In this document: one piece after another, positions 1-8,024 of the stretch
Position numbering within the stretch: position 1 is the first letter of the stretch
Layout: every line of letters starts with the position of its first letter
Assembly (NCBI GenBank): GCA_963751455.1
Contig: CAVVUN010000001.1
Coordinates: 544,001 to 608,000, forward strand
Direction of reading: 5' to 3'
Source of the DNA: Nitrospirota bacterium
Lineage (GTDB): Bacteria > Nitrospirota > UBA9217
Length of the DNA stretch: 64,000 nucleotides
Notes under the pieces: model-generated
What the model was told of the DNA's origin: nothing
The model's database searches: none
What the model saw: the letters and a program-made list of their open reading frames with translations, nothing else
Program-made: the position numbers and the translations under genes

Positions 1-262
1 AATGGCAAGCAGAAGGATTCTGAATAAACAGAAACCGAAGGCAGCACCACAATATAAGGTTGAGATTATCGGGTCGGATGAGCGCGAGACAGGTGTAGGA
101 GCGGATGTGAATAGCGTTAACAGCAGCGAAGAATATCAGTCGAGGAATGAACCTGCCCGCAGCAAGCTATGGGTATCTTGGCTTCTAACTCGCACCTCCC
201 TTCGATGCGAGGGGACTAAGGGGAGGGTGAAGTATCCGGCGTTCGTGCTCATCCTGTAGCGC

Positions 263-976
263 TCAAGCAGATTCAAGAGCGCGTTTTTCCCACTGTTCGA
301 CGTTTACTCCCTTAATCAAAAGCCACAAGAGCAATATTAATTCCCCGATAAACGTAAACTGGGAAATTGTTATATCAAGGTCGGGCAAAAGAAACAATAC
401 AATGGAATCTATCACATAGCCAAAGCCTGCAATGACCAGCAAAATGCCCAGAATTCCCGGAAGAAAACCCGACTTGAAAACTAAATACCCCATAGGGAAT
501 AGCCAAAGACCCCAGAATATCTGGGTAATAAAAAGCCCATAATGGTGTAAGTTCAGAAAGAACATTACGTGGGAATATAACTGATCTGCACTGAATACTT
601 TCAGAGAGTCAGCGCCGTTCAATAGCAGCAAGACGGCAAAGTGGTTAAGCTCATTTAACATCGCAATAGGAGCAGCGGCCAATGCGAATACAACCATAAG
701 CACAGCATGGTTATTATTAACCGATTTGAGTAATTTATATAATAAGAGAGCTGCCAAAATAGTGACAATAGGTGTAGCCAAAGCGCACATAATACTGAGA
801 CGGAACAGCGATGAGGAAGCTATAATATTATTGGCTGTTGTCAAGGTATCCCCCGGCACAGTAAGGGAGGGAATATACATGCCGCCGAAGAAACCGAGCG
901 GAGCCAAAAGCAGATAAAGGAACCCTGCAGCTCTTGCGATCTTATTAACTGAATTCATTTTTCCTTTGGCAGTCAT
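263..976 (-). CDS. DUF4386-family multi-pass membrane protein
   Basis: ORF with ARAAGFLYL N-terminus and LWLLIKGVN C-terminus typical of DUF4386; start moved to ATG 976 behind AAGGAG RBS. Confidence 0.8.
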   Translation of the reverse strand: MTAKGKMNSVNKIARAAGFLYLLLAPLGFFGGMYIPSLTVPGDTLTTANNIIASSSLFRLSIMCALATPIVTILAALLLYKLLKSVNNNHAVLMVVFALAAAPIAMLNELNHFAVLLLLNGADSLKVFSADQLYSHVMFFLNLHHYGLFITQIFWGLWLFPMGYLVFKSGFLPGILGILLVIAGFGYVIDSIVLFLLPDLDITISQFTFIGELILLLWLLIKGVNVEQWEKRALESA

Positions 977-1027
977 CGTTTTTTCTCCTTTGACTATCCC
1001 GATATCGTCTATTTCAAGAAACAATAT

Positions 1028-1046
1028 CTGACTCTAAAGGTTTTCC
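1028..1046. repeat. Solo degenerate copy of the transposase-element end
   Basis: ctgactctaaaggttttcc resembles ttgaccctaaaggttcc at 2509-2525 and 12141-12157. Confidence 0.5.
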
Positions 1047-1090
1047 GCGGCGCGGTTTTATCGCGTTTGCTGGATTGACTTATTGATTAT
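1047..1090 (-). other. Degenerate, truncated attC-like arm
   Basis: Minus strand reads ATCAATAAGTCAATCCAGCAAACGCGATAAAACCGCGCCGCGG, similar to short attC sites but lacking the final GTT. Confidence 0.4.
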
Positions 1091-1390
1091 CCCGACAATA
1101 TGGAACAGTCCCTCAATTATCCTGAACCCGGCAGATCCGAGAGCCAGGCCTTCATTATAATTTTTTAAAACCGGATACAGAGAAATTCCAATGCCGGCGC
1201 ATGCAGCAGCCATAATGAACAGAAAAAGCGCTCCTGTTATTACCCGGTTTTCATTTCCAGAAATTTTAGCAAGATGATCCGGAGCATCTAAAACAGGTTG
1301 TGTAAAAGCAACACCAAGCATCCCCGCAACAATCGCGATGATAAATAGTACTCCCGTAATTCTTGCCGTTTTCTTGTTTGTGCTCATCAT
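1058..1390 (-). pseudogene. DUF4386-family protein, N-terminal fragment
   Basis: MSTNKKTARITGVLFI...GLALGSAGFRIIEG matches the DUF4386 start; ends after ~100 aa in an attC-like sequence. Confidence 0.7.
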
Positions 1391-1502
1391 ATTTTAGAGC
1401 CGCATTACAACGCCGACAACGATACTTACGTCGTTGTCCTCGCCGAACGCTGCATCGCTTAAGCCGATCGTTAAAATAAGCCCGATACTACTGATGACCG
1501 TT

Positions 1503-1559
1503 TTATACACGGCTGCCTCCTATCGCGGCCGGATTGAACCCTTTAACGATCAGCCATAT
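1503..1559 (-). pseudogene. C-terminal remnant of a third DUF4386 gene cut by the transposase element
   Basis: Reads IWLIVKGFNPAAIGGSRV* directly after the element end. Confidence 0.65.
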
Positions 1560-1560
1560 C

Positions 1561-2525
1561 AAAACCTTTAGAACCTTTAGAGAACCTTTAGGGTCAAGTC
1601 TTTTTTGTTGCATTTTCGTATTCACGAAGCCAGCGGCTGATCGTCGAGTAGTGGACGGCCACATGACGGGCAAGTTCACTCTGATGATAACCGTATTTTT
1701 CCACGGCCTCGGACACCTTTTTCATCAGTTTGCGATGATTGTTCATGGCCGAGTCGGGCAGCAAAACGGCAAGCGACGGTCGAGTCGAATATCGCTGACT
1801 CCGGGGAATTTCGGGAATGTCCTTGTGCTTTTTGAGATAATCCGTAAGCTTATCTACGAAATCGTCCTCACCTAAAAGCGCTTGGCCTCGCACTTCCGTC
1901 CAGATCGTCTTCTTTCCAATACCCCACTGAACGAACTGGCGATACTCTTTTTCCGCTTTATCTCGTTTTCTGCTGAATTGACCGAGCACCCAGTCCTTTG
2001 TGAGGCAGGGATGAGGTTCTGCCTTACCCGCCGTCGCAAGGTAACTGGACCACTTCCAGTCTTCCGGCGCTTCGACCATCTTTGCTCTTACCGGATTTAG
2101 AACCACATATCGGCAGACCTCAAGGAGATGACTGTCTTTCTGGATCAAGATGGCCTTATACCGGCCCTGGAATAAATGCCCGGACCTTCCGTGATACTTG
2201 TTGAAAAGTTGCGTATAGACGCCGTTCAATTGGCGCATACCGAGAGAAAGATTGCCTTCCGGGGTCTCGATAAGAAGGTGGTAATGATTTGTCATGAGGC
2301 AATACGCATGACAGATCCAATTGTACCGCTTGTTGACGTGCTGGACCGTGTTCAGGAAGTTTTCGCGGTCCTGGTCGTTTTTGAATACGGACTTCTTCTC
2401 ATTGCCACGGGATGTTACGTGATAGACCGCACCGGCATATTCTATTCTTAGAGGTCGGGCCATGGGGCGACTGTAGCAGAAATCAGAATAAAATGCAACG
2501 AAAAAGACTTGACCCTAAAGGTTCC
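1561..2525 (-). mobile_element. HUH/Y1 (RAYT-like) transposase element, copy 1, with terminal inverted repeats
   Basis: IRs 1582-1616 and 2490-2524 (35 bp, 1 mismatch); three AACCTTTAG units at 1563-1591; near-identical second copy at 11280-12157. Confidence 0.85.
1594..2463 (-). CDS. REP-associated-type tyrosine (Y1/HUH) transposase with C-terminal HTH
   Basis: MARPLR start, YHVTSRG, HUH motif NHYHL, GHLFQGRY, catalytic RYVVLNP, WSSY, C-terminal HTH (ELARHVAVHYSTISR). Confidence 0.9.
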   Translation of the reverse strand: MARPLRIEYAGAVYHVTSRGNEKKSVFKNDQDRENFLNTVQHVNKRYNWICHAYCLMTNHYHLLIETPEGNLSLGMRQLNGVYTQLFNKYHGRSGHLFQGRYKAILIQKDSHLLEVCRYVVLNPVRAKMVEAPEDWKWSSYLATAGKAEPHPCLTKDWVLGQFSRKRDKAEKEYRQFVQWGIGKKTIWTEVRGQALLGEDDFVDKLTDYLKKHKDIPEIPRSQRYSTRPSLAVLLPDSAMNNHRKLMKKVSEAVEKYGYHQSELARHVAVHYSTISRWLREYENATKKT

Positions 2526-2597
2526 GTTAGCGTTAGTAAAATTGATGGAACTAACAAAAAAATGTAAAATGCAATATCTGCCATATCATTTTTCCCG

Positions 2598-2656
2598 GTA
2601 CAGCCGCGCGGGTGAGGAGCGTGCTTTTCGCGACTCACTCGACCCGCTCGTTAACA
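2598..2656 (-). other. attC site (one core degenerate)
   Basis: Minus-strand TGTTAAC follows the stop of 2657-3238; imperfect palindrome nearly identical to the attC at 14476-14533. Confidence 0.75.
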
Positions 2657-3238
2657 TCATGTTCTTAATTGAAGTAATTGCTCCAGCGAGACCCGCAGTA
2701 TGTCAGAGTTAACAGCATGAGTAACGTCAGCGGATACGCTAATACTGTTTCGAGCCAACACAGGGAACGACCAACCATTTTTAATTAAAATTCTTATGGC
2801 TTCTTTTCGTGATGAATTGTTTAGATACCTTTTCGCTTCCTCCGGTGAATTGGAGTAAATGTTGTATTTATCAAGTTCTGGATCATTGGCAATAACTTTT
2901 TTTGCGAATAAAACTCTGCTTGGCCCTGAATAAGAAAATAATTTCAACTTGCTTTTTGAGATTGAACTGCATCTGAGTTCTAATCTGTTCGGCGGTGCAC
3001 CTTCGACACGGGTATATGTCAGCGTAAACTTACAGTCATTAAATTGCCCCGTAAAGCAAGGTTCGTCAGAAAGAAATTTTCTTGCCTCCGATAATGAACC
3101 GGGGAATTGGGTCGATAGATTTTCTAGCTTCTCATAGTAAGGCTGCATAACTCGACGATTTCTTCGGAAGAAATATGCAACCACGAATGTAAGAACAAAA
3201 ATACCGCCAATGAATGTAATATAAGGGTTCATGCTCAT
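2657..3238 (-). CDS. Gene cassette: hypothetical protein with N-terminal membrane anchor
   Basis: AT-rich ORF exactly bounded by attC sites; hydrophobic N-terminus. Confidence 0.75.
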   Translation of the reverse strand: MSMNPYITFIGGIFVLTFVVAYFFRRNRRVMQPYYEKLENLSTQFPGSLSEARKFLSDEPCFTGQFNDCKFTLTYTRVEGAPPNRLELRCSSISKSKLKLFSYSGPSRVLFAKKVIANDPELDKYNIYSNSPEEAKRYLNNSSRKEAIRILIKNGWSFPVLARNSISVSADVTHAVNSDILRVSLEQLLQLRT

Positions 3239-3244
3239 TTAGGG

Positions 3245-3300
3245 GGTTAACGCGCGCGTGTACCGCCGCGTAGCGGTCGGACACGACGCGCTGGTTGGAA
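3245..3300 (-). other. attC site
   Basis: GGTTAAC...GTTGGAA with imperfect palindrome gcgcgtgt-accgc/gcggt-acacgacgcgc; next gene starts 6 nt after the core. Confidence 0.85.
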
Positions 3301-3365
3301 TTCATCTTCTTGTCATGATGGAGAACCAGCTTGTCAATATCAAAGATTCGACCCAAGACACTCCC

Positions 3366-3390
3366 AATCAGTGCATCCGCTTGTTATGGC
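3366..3390 (-). other. Half attC (truncated)
   Basis: GCCATAACAAGCGGATGCACTGA just after the stop of 3395-6055; no partner arm. Confidence 0.5.
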
Positions 3391-3394
3391 AATC

Positions 3395-6055
3395 TTATCG
3401 TCGATCTATAGAATATGAATAAGATCCACTGGCGGAACCACAACCCATGTTGTTACAACCTATGAATCTGAGCTTAGTCCTCTTGAATTGTCCTGGATTA
3501 GCATAGTACTGAAACGTCCCCGATGGCCCGCTGATTGAACCGTCATTAGATGATGGAGTCGGTGCAGATGGCGTGCTAGGCGTACTGCCGTCATACGTGT
3601 TGACCATCGTATAATAAATTGTCGTGGCACCGCTACTGCCGACGCTGATATTCTGCGGAGATGACGTCCAGCTGCCGCTGGACGGGCTTACCGCGACACT
3701 GCCCGGCACTGTCCTTAAGTCTATCGAGTATGAGTACGATCCGCTTGCTGGTCCGCACCCCGCACTATTGCAACCTATAAACCGGAGCTTGGTTCTCTTG
3801 TGCTGATCAGAGCTTGCGTACAACTGAAACGTTCCGGAAGCTCCGCTGATTGAACCGTCGTTCGAAGAGGGTGACGGCGCATCAGGATCAGAAGGCGCAC
3901 TGCCGTCATACGTGTTGACCATCCTATAATAAATTGTCGTTGCGCCGCTACTGCCGACGCTGATATTCTGCGGAGATGACGTCCAGCTGCCGCTGGACGG
4001 GCTTACCGCGACACTGCCCGGCACTGTCCTTAAGTCTATCGAGTATGAGTACGATCCGCTTGCTGGTCCGCACCCCGCACTATTGCAACCTATAAACCGG
4101 AGCTTGGTTCTCTTGTGCTGATCAGAGCTTGCGTACAACTGAAACGTTCCGGAAGCTCCGCTGATTGAACCGTCGTTCGAAGAGGGTGACGGCGCATCAG
4201 GATCAGAAGGAGTACTGCCGTCATACGTGTTGACCATCCTATAATAAATTGTCGTTGCGCCGCTACTGCCGACGCTGATATTCTGCGGAGATGACGTCCA
4301 GCTGCCGCTGGACGGGCTTACAGATATGCCAGCCGGTATGACTTCAGAATTGACAATAACAGTGTAGTTAACAATATTACTCATCTTACCTGAACTATCC
4401 GCACCCCACCAGGTATAGGTTCCAGCCGGTCGATCCGAAGGTATCGTGTAAGTGATGGAAAACGTTCCATCTGGTTTAATACTCTGCGAAAGAGTTGGGA
4501 ACTCTGAGCCATCGGGCTTCTTAAAATGAAGCACAGCTGTGCTGTTGGGAGTGAAACCTGTGCCCCACTGCGACACTGTATCGGCCTGCTTCGCCGTCAT
4601 CGGAGTCTGAGCAACTGTCGGGGATACTGTTATGCTATCGACAACGGAAAGGACGAAATTCTTCTCTGCTTTTTGTGAATTATTATCGTAAACTTGCACT
4701 GTAAACTGATAAGTTCCGGTATTTGTGGGTATTCCTGAAATCTCACCGCTTGCACTTAAGCTTAGACCTGTTGGCACTATACCGTCAGAAAGTTTCCATG
4801 AGTATGGCCACGAGCCACCTAAAGCTGAAAAACGGAAGTAATGGTAAGCGCCGACTTTACCAACAGATAGAATCTTCGACGTTGAAATTGATATTGGAAG
4901 AGGCTGCGACAAATTGTCAACAGAGATAGCACTATCTCGCTCTGCAATATCACCACTTGAGTCGGTTACAGCTACTGTGAATTGGTAGGTGCCTTGTTGT
5001 GAAGGAGCGCCAGAAATTACACCATCCTTTGATAATGAAATCCCGGGAGGCAGATTGCCTTTAGCAATTGACCATGTATATGGTGGAGTGCCGTCAACTG
5101 CGGACAAAATAAGACTAAAAGCGTTGCCAACAATTAATGACGGGCAATATGACAAACTCCCTTCAACTATACCAACCTTAAAATTCTTATCCTTTTTCGT
5201 AACGCGCAGACCGATTGCTTGGCCACCATTACCCGGAAGCTTACCAACACGCTCCCATTCATCAAGAAAGCTTTTCCTTGTAAAACTCCGTTTATGAGCA
5301 TACGTTTCATATAGCCAGGTCCGTCCGGGATCATTAGCATAAACATAATCTTCGTCAATCCCTACAACTAGCATCCAATGTTGGACGCTCCCTTGCTTCA
5401 TTGTCCCCGGAATCGAGTTATTACCTCCTTGGGAAGAAACTACAACTAAGACAGGGTTTCCGTCTGCTAATTCAGAACGTAGCGCTTCTAATGTTGGCTT
5501 TATGTACTCAACGCTAAAATTACCCTCTTTCTCTAACAACTGTTTCATCTGTTTGTTGTCCGTATAGTCGCCGGTGTATTTATCTCTTCCATATCTTGGT
5601 GGATTATAACCGTCAATATTAGAAATATTGTCAGGATATTGGGGACCCATCCAATCGATCATATTTTTCAGATTTGACCATGCAGTGTCATGATTCGGCG
5701 CGATATCGATGTGATAATGAAATGCTTTTAGCATCAAATAGCTTGCAGGCCCACAGTTCACATTATTTCCATCCGGGCCAGATTCAAATTGAGATATATA
5801 GGGAACATCAAGCGTTTGGCTATCCTTCTTTAATGCGTGCGGCGCCAAAACGGTTTTCGAATAAGTTGAATTTGTCGCGCTATTACCAACAACAGCAACA
5901 AGATCATCATGACTGACTATAACTGCTCCCGCCAATTGAGGCCCATCATCTATAGGATCGCCACTACCGCCACCGTTATGACAAGAAATTAGCAAAAGAC
6001 CAAATAAGAGGAAAAATATGATCCTTCTAACGAGTCTATATTTTTGTCTCATCAA
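3395..6055 (-). CDS. Gene cassette: lipoprotein with C39-like cysteine peptidase domain, two He_PIG/Ig-like domains and three 105-aa repeats
   Basis: Lipobox LLISC; Q...NCGPAS...QHWMLVVG...DP; GTPPYTWS...GNLPPGISLS..G.ISG.P Ig motifs; C-terminal repeats. Confidence 0.8.
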   Translation of the reverse strand: MMRQKYRLVRRIIFFLLFGLLLISCHNGGGSGDPIDDGPQLAGAVIVSHDDLVAVVGNSATNSTYSKTVLAPHALKKDSQTLDVPYISQFESGPDGNNVNCGPASYLMLKAFHYHIDIAPNHDTAWSNLKNMIDWMGPQYPDNISNIDGYNPPRYGRDKYTGDYTDNKQMKQLLEKEGNFSVEYIKPTLEALRSELADGNPVLVVVSSQGGNNSIPGTMKQGSVQHWMLVVGIDEDYVYANDPGRTWLYETYAHKRSFTRKSFLDEWERVGKLPGNGGQAIGLRVTKKDKNFKVGIVEGSLSYCPSLIVGNAFSLILSAVDGTPPYTWSIAKGNLPPGISLSKDGVISGAPSQQGTYQFTVAVTDSSGDIAERDSAISVDNLSQPLPISISTSKILSVGKVGAYHYFRFSALGGSWPYSWKLSDGIVPTGLSLSASGEISGIPTNTGTYQFTVQVYDNNSQKAEKNFVLSVVDSITVSPTVAQTPMTAKQADTVSQWGTGFTPNSTAVLHFKKPDGSEFPTLSQSIKPDGTFSITYTIPSDRPAGTYTWWGADSSGKMSNIVNYTVIVNSEVIPAGISVSPSSGSWTSSPQNISVGSSGATTIYYRMVNTYDGSTPSDPDAPSPSSNDGSISGASGTFQLYASSDQHKRTKLRFIGCNSAGCGPASGSYSYSIDLRTVPGSVAVSPSSGSWTSSPQNISVGSSGATTIYYRMVNTYDGSAPSDPDAPSPSSNDGSISGASGTFQLYASSDQHKRTKLRFIGCNSAGCGPASGSYSYSIDLRTVPGSVAVSPSSGSWTSSPQNISVGSSGATTIYYTMVNTYDGSTPSTPSAPTPSSNDGSISGPSGTFQYYANPGQFKRTKLRFIGCNNMGCGSASGSYSYSIDRR
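3405..4322. repeat. Three 315-bp intragenic tandem repeats
   Basis: gtcatacgtgttgaccatc at 3590, 3905, 4220. Confidence 0.9.
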
Positions 6056-6112
6056 AAACCTTCCCCTTATGCAAGCATCTTACTGACGACGTAGTCTAGG
6101 CATTCAATGTTC

Positions 6113-6371
6113 AATGGGGCGATAACTCGCTGCGCCCGCAGGGCGCGTCGGGTTCATTGCCTGGTTCCAGCGGCGCTTTGTACCGCGTCTCACAGGCAAT
6201 AAGCGAGTTATCGCCCCATTCCAGCGGCGGCTGGAACGTCCCGGATGAGCGGCTGCCCCCGCAGGGGGTAAGTCCGTCTCGATCCGGTTTGATGGCTCGC
6301 GCTGGTTTCGCGCGAGACATCAGGATCGGCCGCTCATCCGGGACGATGGACCGCGCGAAGCGCGGGCCATC
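6113..6371. other. Two tandem ~108-bp structured elements (three-way junctions) plus linker hairpins
   Basis: Perfect IRs 6113-6131/6202-6220 and 6237-6253/6329-6345, each enclosing a GCA-loop hairpin and a longer bulged hairpin. Confidence 0.8.
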
Positions 6372-6422
6372 GCGCGGGTAAGCCGCGTGCTTTTCGCGGC
6401 GGACTTGACCCGCTGGTTGAAA
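6365..6422 (-). other. attC site (one core degenerate, ATC for AAC)
   Basis: gcgcgggtaagccgcgtgcttttcgcggcggacttgacccgctgGTTGAAA, same family as 2598 and 14476; 13 nt from the stop of 6436-7851. Confidence 0.7.
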
Positions 6423-6435
6423 TCCTCGCTGTGTT

Positions 6436-7851
6436 TCATTGACTGGTCAATAAAACACACGGAACGATTGCGTTGGTCATCACCGGATTATATGAGGAGC
6501 GGGTCCAAGTCACTCCGTCCGGGGATGTAGCATAACCGATGTTGTCTTGGGTTCCTACCTGATACCAATACCACATTTTGTACAGACCACCATCGAAAAT
6601 GACATTTGGAACGATTGCGTTCGTCATTACCGGATTATGCGAAGAGCGGGTCCAAGTCACTCCGTCCGGGGATGTAGCATAACCGATGTTGTCTTGGGTT
6701 CCTACCTGATACCAATACCACATTTTGTACAGACCACTATCGAAAATGACATTCGGAACGATTGCGTTCGTCATTACCGGATTATGCGAAGAGCGGGTCC
6801 AAGTCAATCCGTCCGGCGATGTAGCATAACCGATGTTGTCTTGGGTTCCTACCTGATACCAATACCACATTTTGTACAGACCACCATCGAAAATGACATT
6901 TGGAACGATTGCGTTCGTTATTACCGGATTATGCGAAGAGCGGGTCCAAGTCACTCCGTCCGGGGATGTAGCATAACCGATGTTGTCTTGGGTTCCTACC
7001 TGATACCAATACCACATTTTGTACAGACCACTATCGAAAATGACATTCGGAACGATTGCGTTCGTCATTACCGGATTATGCGAAGAGCGGGTCCAAGTCA
7101 ATCCGTCCGGCGATGTAGCATAGCCGATGTTGTCTTGGGTTCCTACCTGATACCAATACCACATACTGAAAACCTTGCCCGTAGCTTCAGGTGTGGTACT
7201 CGTCACCGTTAAGGTATAGGATGTCGTTGAATTATCAGCGGCGGTAACTGTATATAAGACCGGATTTGTGAAGTCGTTCGGCGTTGTACCACTTACCTGA
7301 ATCGCAGAACCAACTTTGACGTTTGCGCCTGTTGTCGTAAAGGTTGCGACGAGTGCGGTAACATTCGTACCATTCGGGACAGTGATGGAGATTGTCTTTG
7401 CTGTTTCATTTATCGATCCTGTTGCAGCAGGGTTTGTGAATGAGAACGCTGTAAGGGCTTTTGCTGAACTGGAGGCTATCGTCACAGTCACAGTGTATGT
7501 TGCAGTTGAGTTATCAGCGGCAGCAACCGTATATGAAACCGGATTTGTGAAGTCGTTCGGCGTTGTACCACTTACCTGAATCGCAGAACCAACTTTGACG
7601 CTTGCGCCTGTTGTCGTAAAGGTTGCGACGAGTGCGGTAACATTCGTACCATTCGGGACAGTGATGGAGATTGTCTTTGCTGTTTCGTTTATTGTTCCTG
7701 TTGCTGCAGGGCTTGTAAAAGAAAAGGCAGTGATTGTTTTTGAACTGTCCGAGTTGCCTCCTCCTGTGCTCGTATTGTTATTTCCGCTGCAAAAAGACAA
7801 AGCAACGCCAACCATTAACATAAAGAAAGCCCATACCATACGTCTAAGCAT
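6436..7851 (-). CDS. Gene cassette: secreted/lipoprotein with two Ig-like (DUF5018-like) repeats and five near-identical 49-aa repeats (five-bladed beta-propeller)
   Basis: Signal/lipobox LSFC; ITAFSF...DFTNPV.YTV.AAD repeat twice; MWY...IGYATSPDG.TW.R...NPV five times. Confidence 0.8.
   Translation of the reverse strand: MLRRMVWAFFMLMVGVALSFCSGNNNTSTGGGNSDSSKTITAFSFTSPAATGTINETAKTISITVPNGTNVTALVATFTTTGASVKVGSAIQVSGTTPNDFTNPVSYTVAAADNSTATYTVTVTIASSSAKALTAFSFTNPAATGSINETAKTISITVPNGTNVTALVATFTTTGANVKVGSAIQVSGTTPNDFTNPVLYTVTAADNSTTSYTLTVTSTTPEATGKVFSMWYWYQVGTQDNIGYATSPDGLTWTRSSHNPVMTNAIVPNVIFDSGLYKMWYWYQVGTQDNIGYATSPDGVTWTRSSHNPVITNAIVPNVIFDGGLYKMWYWYQVGTQDNIGYATSPDGLTWTRSSHNPVMTNAIVPNVIFDSGLYKMWYWYQVGTQDNIGYATSPDGVTWTRSSHNPVMTNAIVPNVIFDGGLYKMWYWYQVGTQDNIGYATSPDGVTWTRSSYNPVMTNAIVPCVLLTSQ
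6450..7165. repeat. Five 147-bp intragenic tandem repeats
   Basis: ttgggttcctacc at 6547, 6694, 6841, 6988, 7135. Confidence 0.95.
7200..7735. repeat. Two 279-bp intragenic repeats
   Basis: ccggatttgtgaagtcgttcgg at 7260 and 7539. Confidence 0.9.
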
Positions 7852-7867
7852 TTTCTGGTTCTCCTTC

Positions 7868-7936
7868 TGGAAGTTAAGCGGTCATTGTCCGCTTGTACTG
7901 CTGGTTGGCACAGAGCGGTATTTTGCCGGAGCCAAC
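7868..7936 (-). other. Gene-less 33-bp mini-cassette followed by degenerate attC
   Basis: GTTGGC-21 nt-GCCAAC then CAGCAGTACAAGCGGACAATGACCGCTTAAC; 45-bp homolog at 12159-12203. Confidence 0.55.
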
Positions 7937-7988
7937 GCGCGGGTGTGGGGCGCGGTTCGCAGCGACCCACACGACCCGCTTGTTGAAG
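7930..7988 (-). other. attC site
   Basis: AGCCAAC gcgcgggtgtgggg...cccacacgacccgctt GTTGAAG. Confidence 0.85.
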
Positions 7989-8024
7989 CGATTTTATGGG
8001 ATGCAATAAAGTTATTTTTACGCG

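Noticed and set aside
181-245. Possible attC (TTCTAAC followed by a hairpin)
   Set aside because: No properly placed partner GTT core; hairpin looks more like a REP-type stem-loop, so left uncalled
3405-4322. Diversity-generating retroelement TR/VR pair
   Set aside because: Repeats lie within one ORF, differences are not visibly adenine-specific, and no reverse transcriptase is present
6111-6381. Short ORFs over the structured region
   Set aside because: Pro/Arg/Gly-rich translations on both strands, as expected for GC-rich palindromes; no RBS or motif support
6450-7165. CRISPR array
   Set aside because: The 147-bp units are contiguous in-frame coding repeats with no unique spacers; no cas genes in the window
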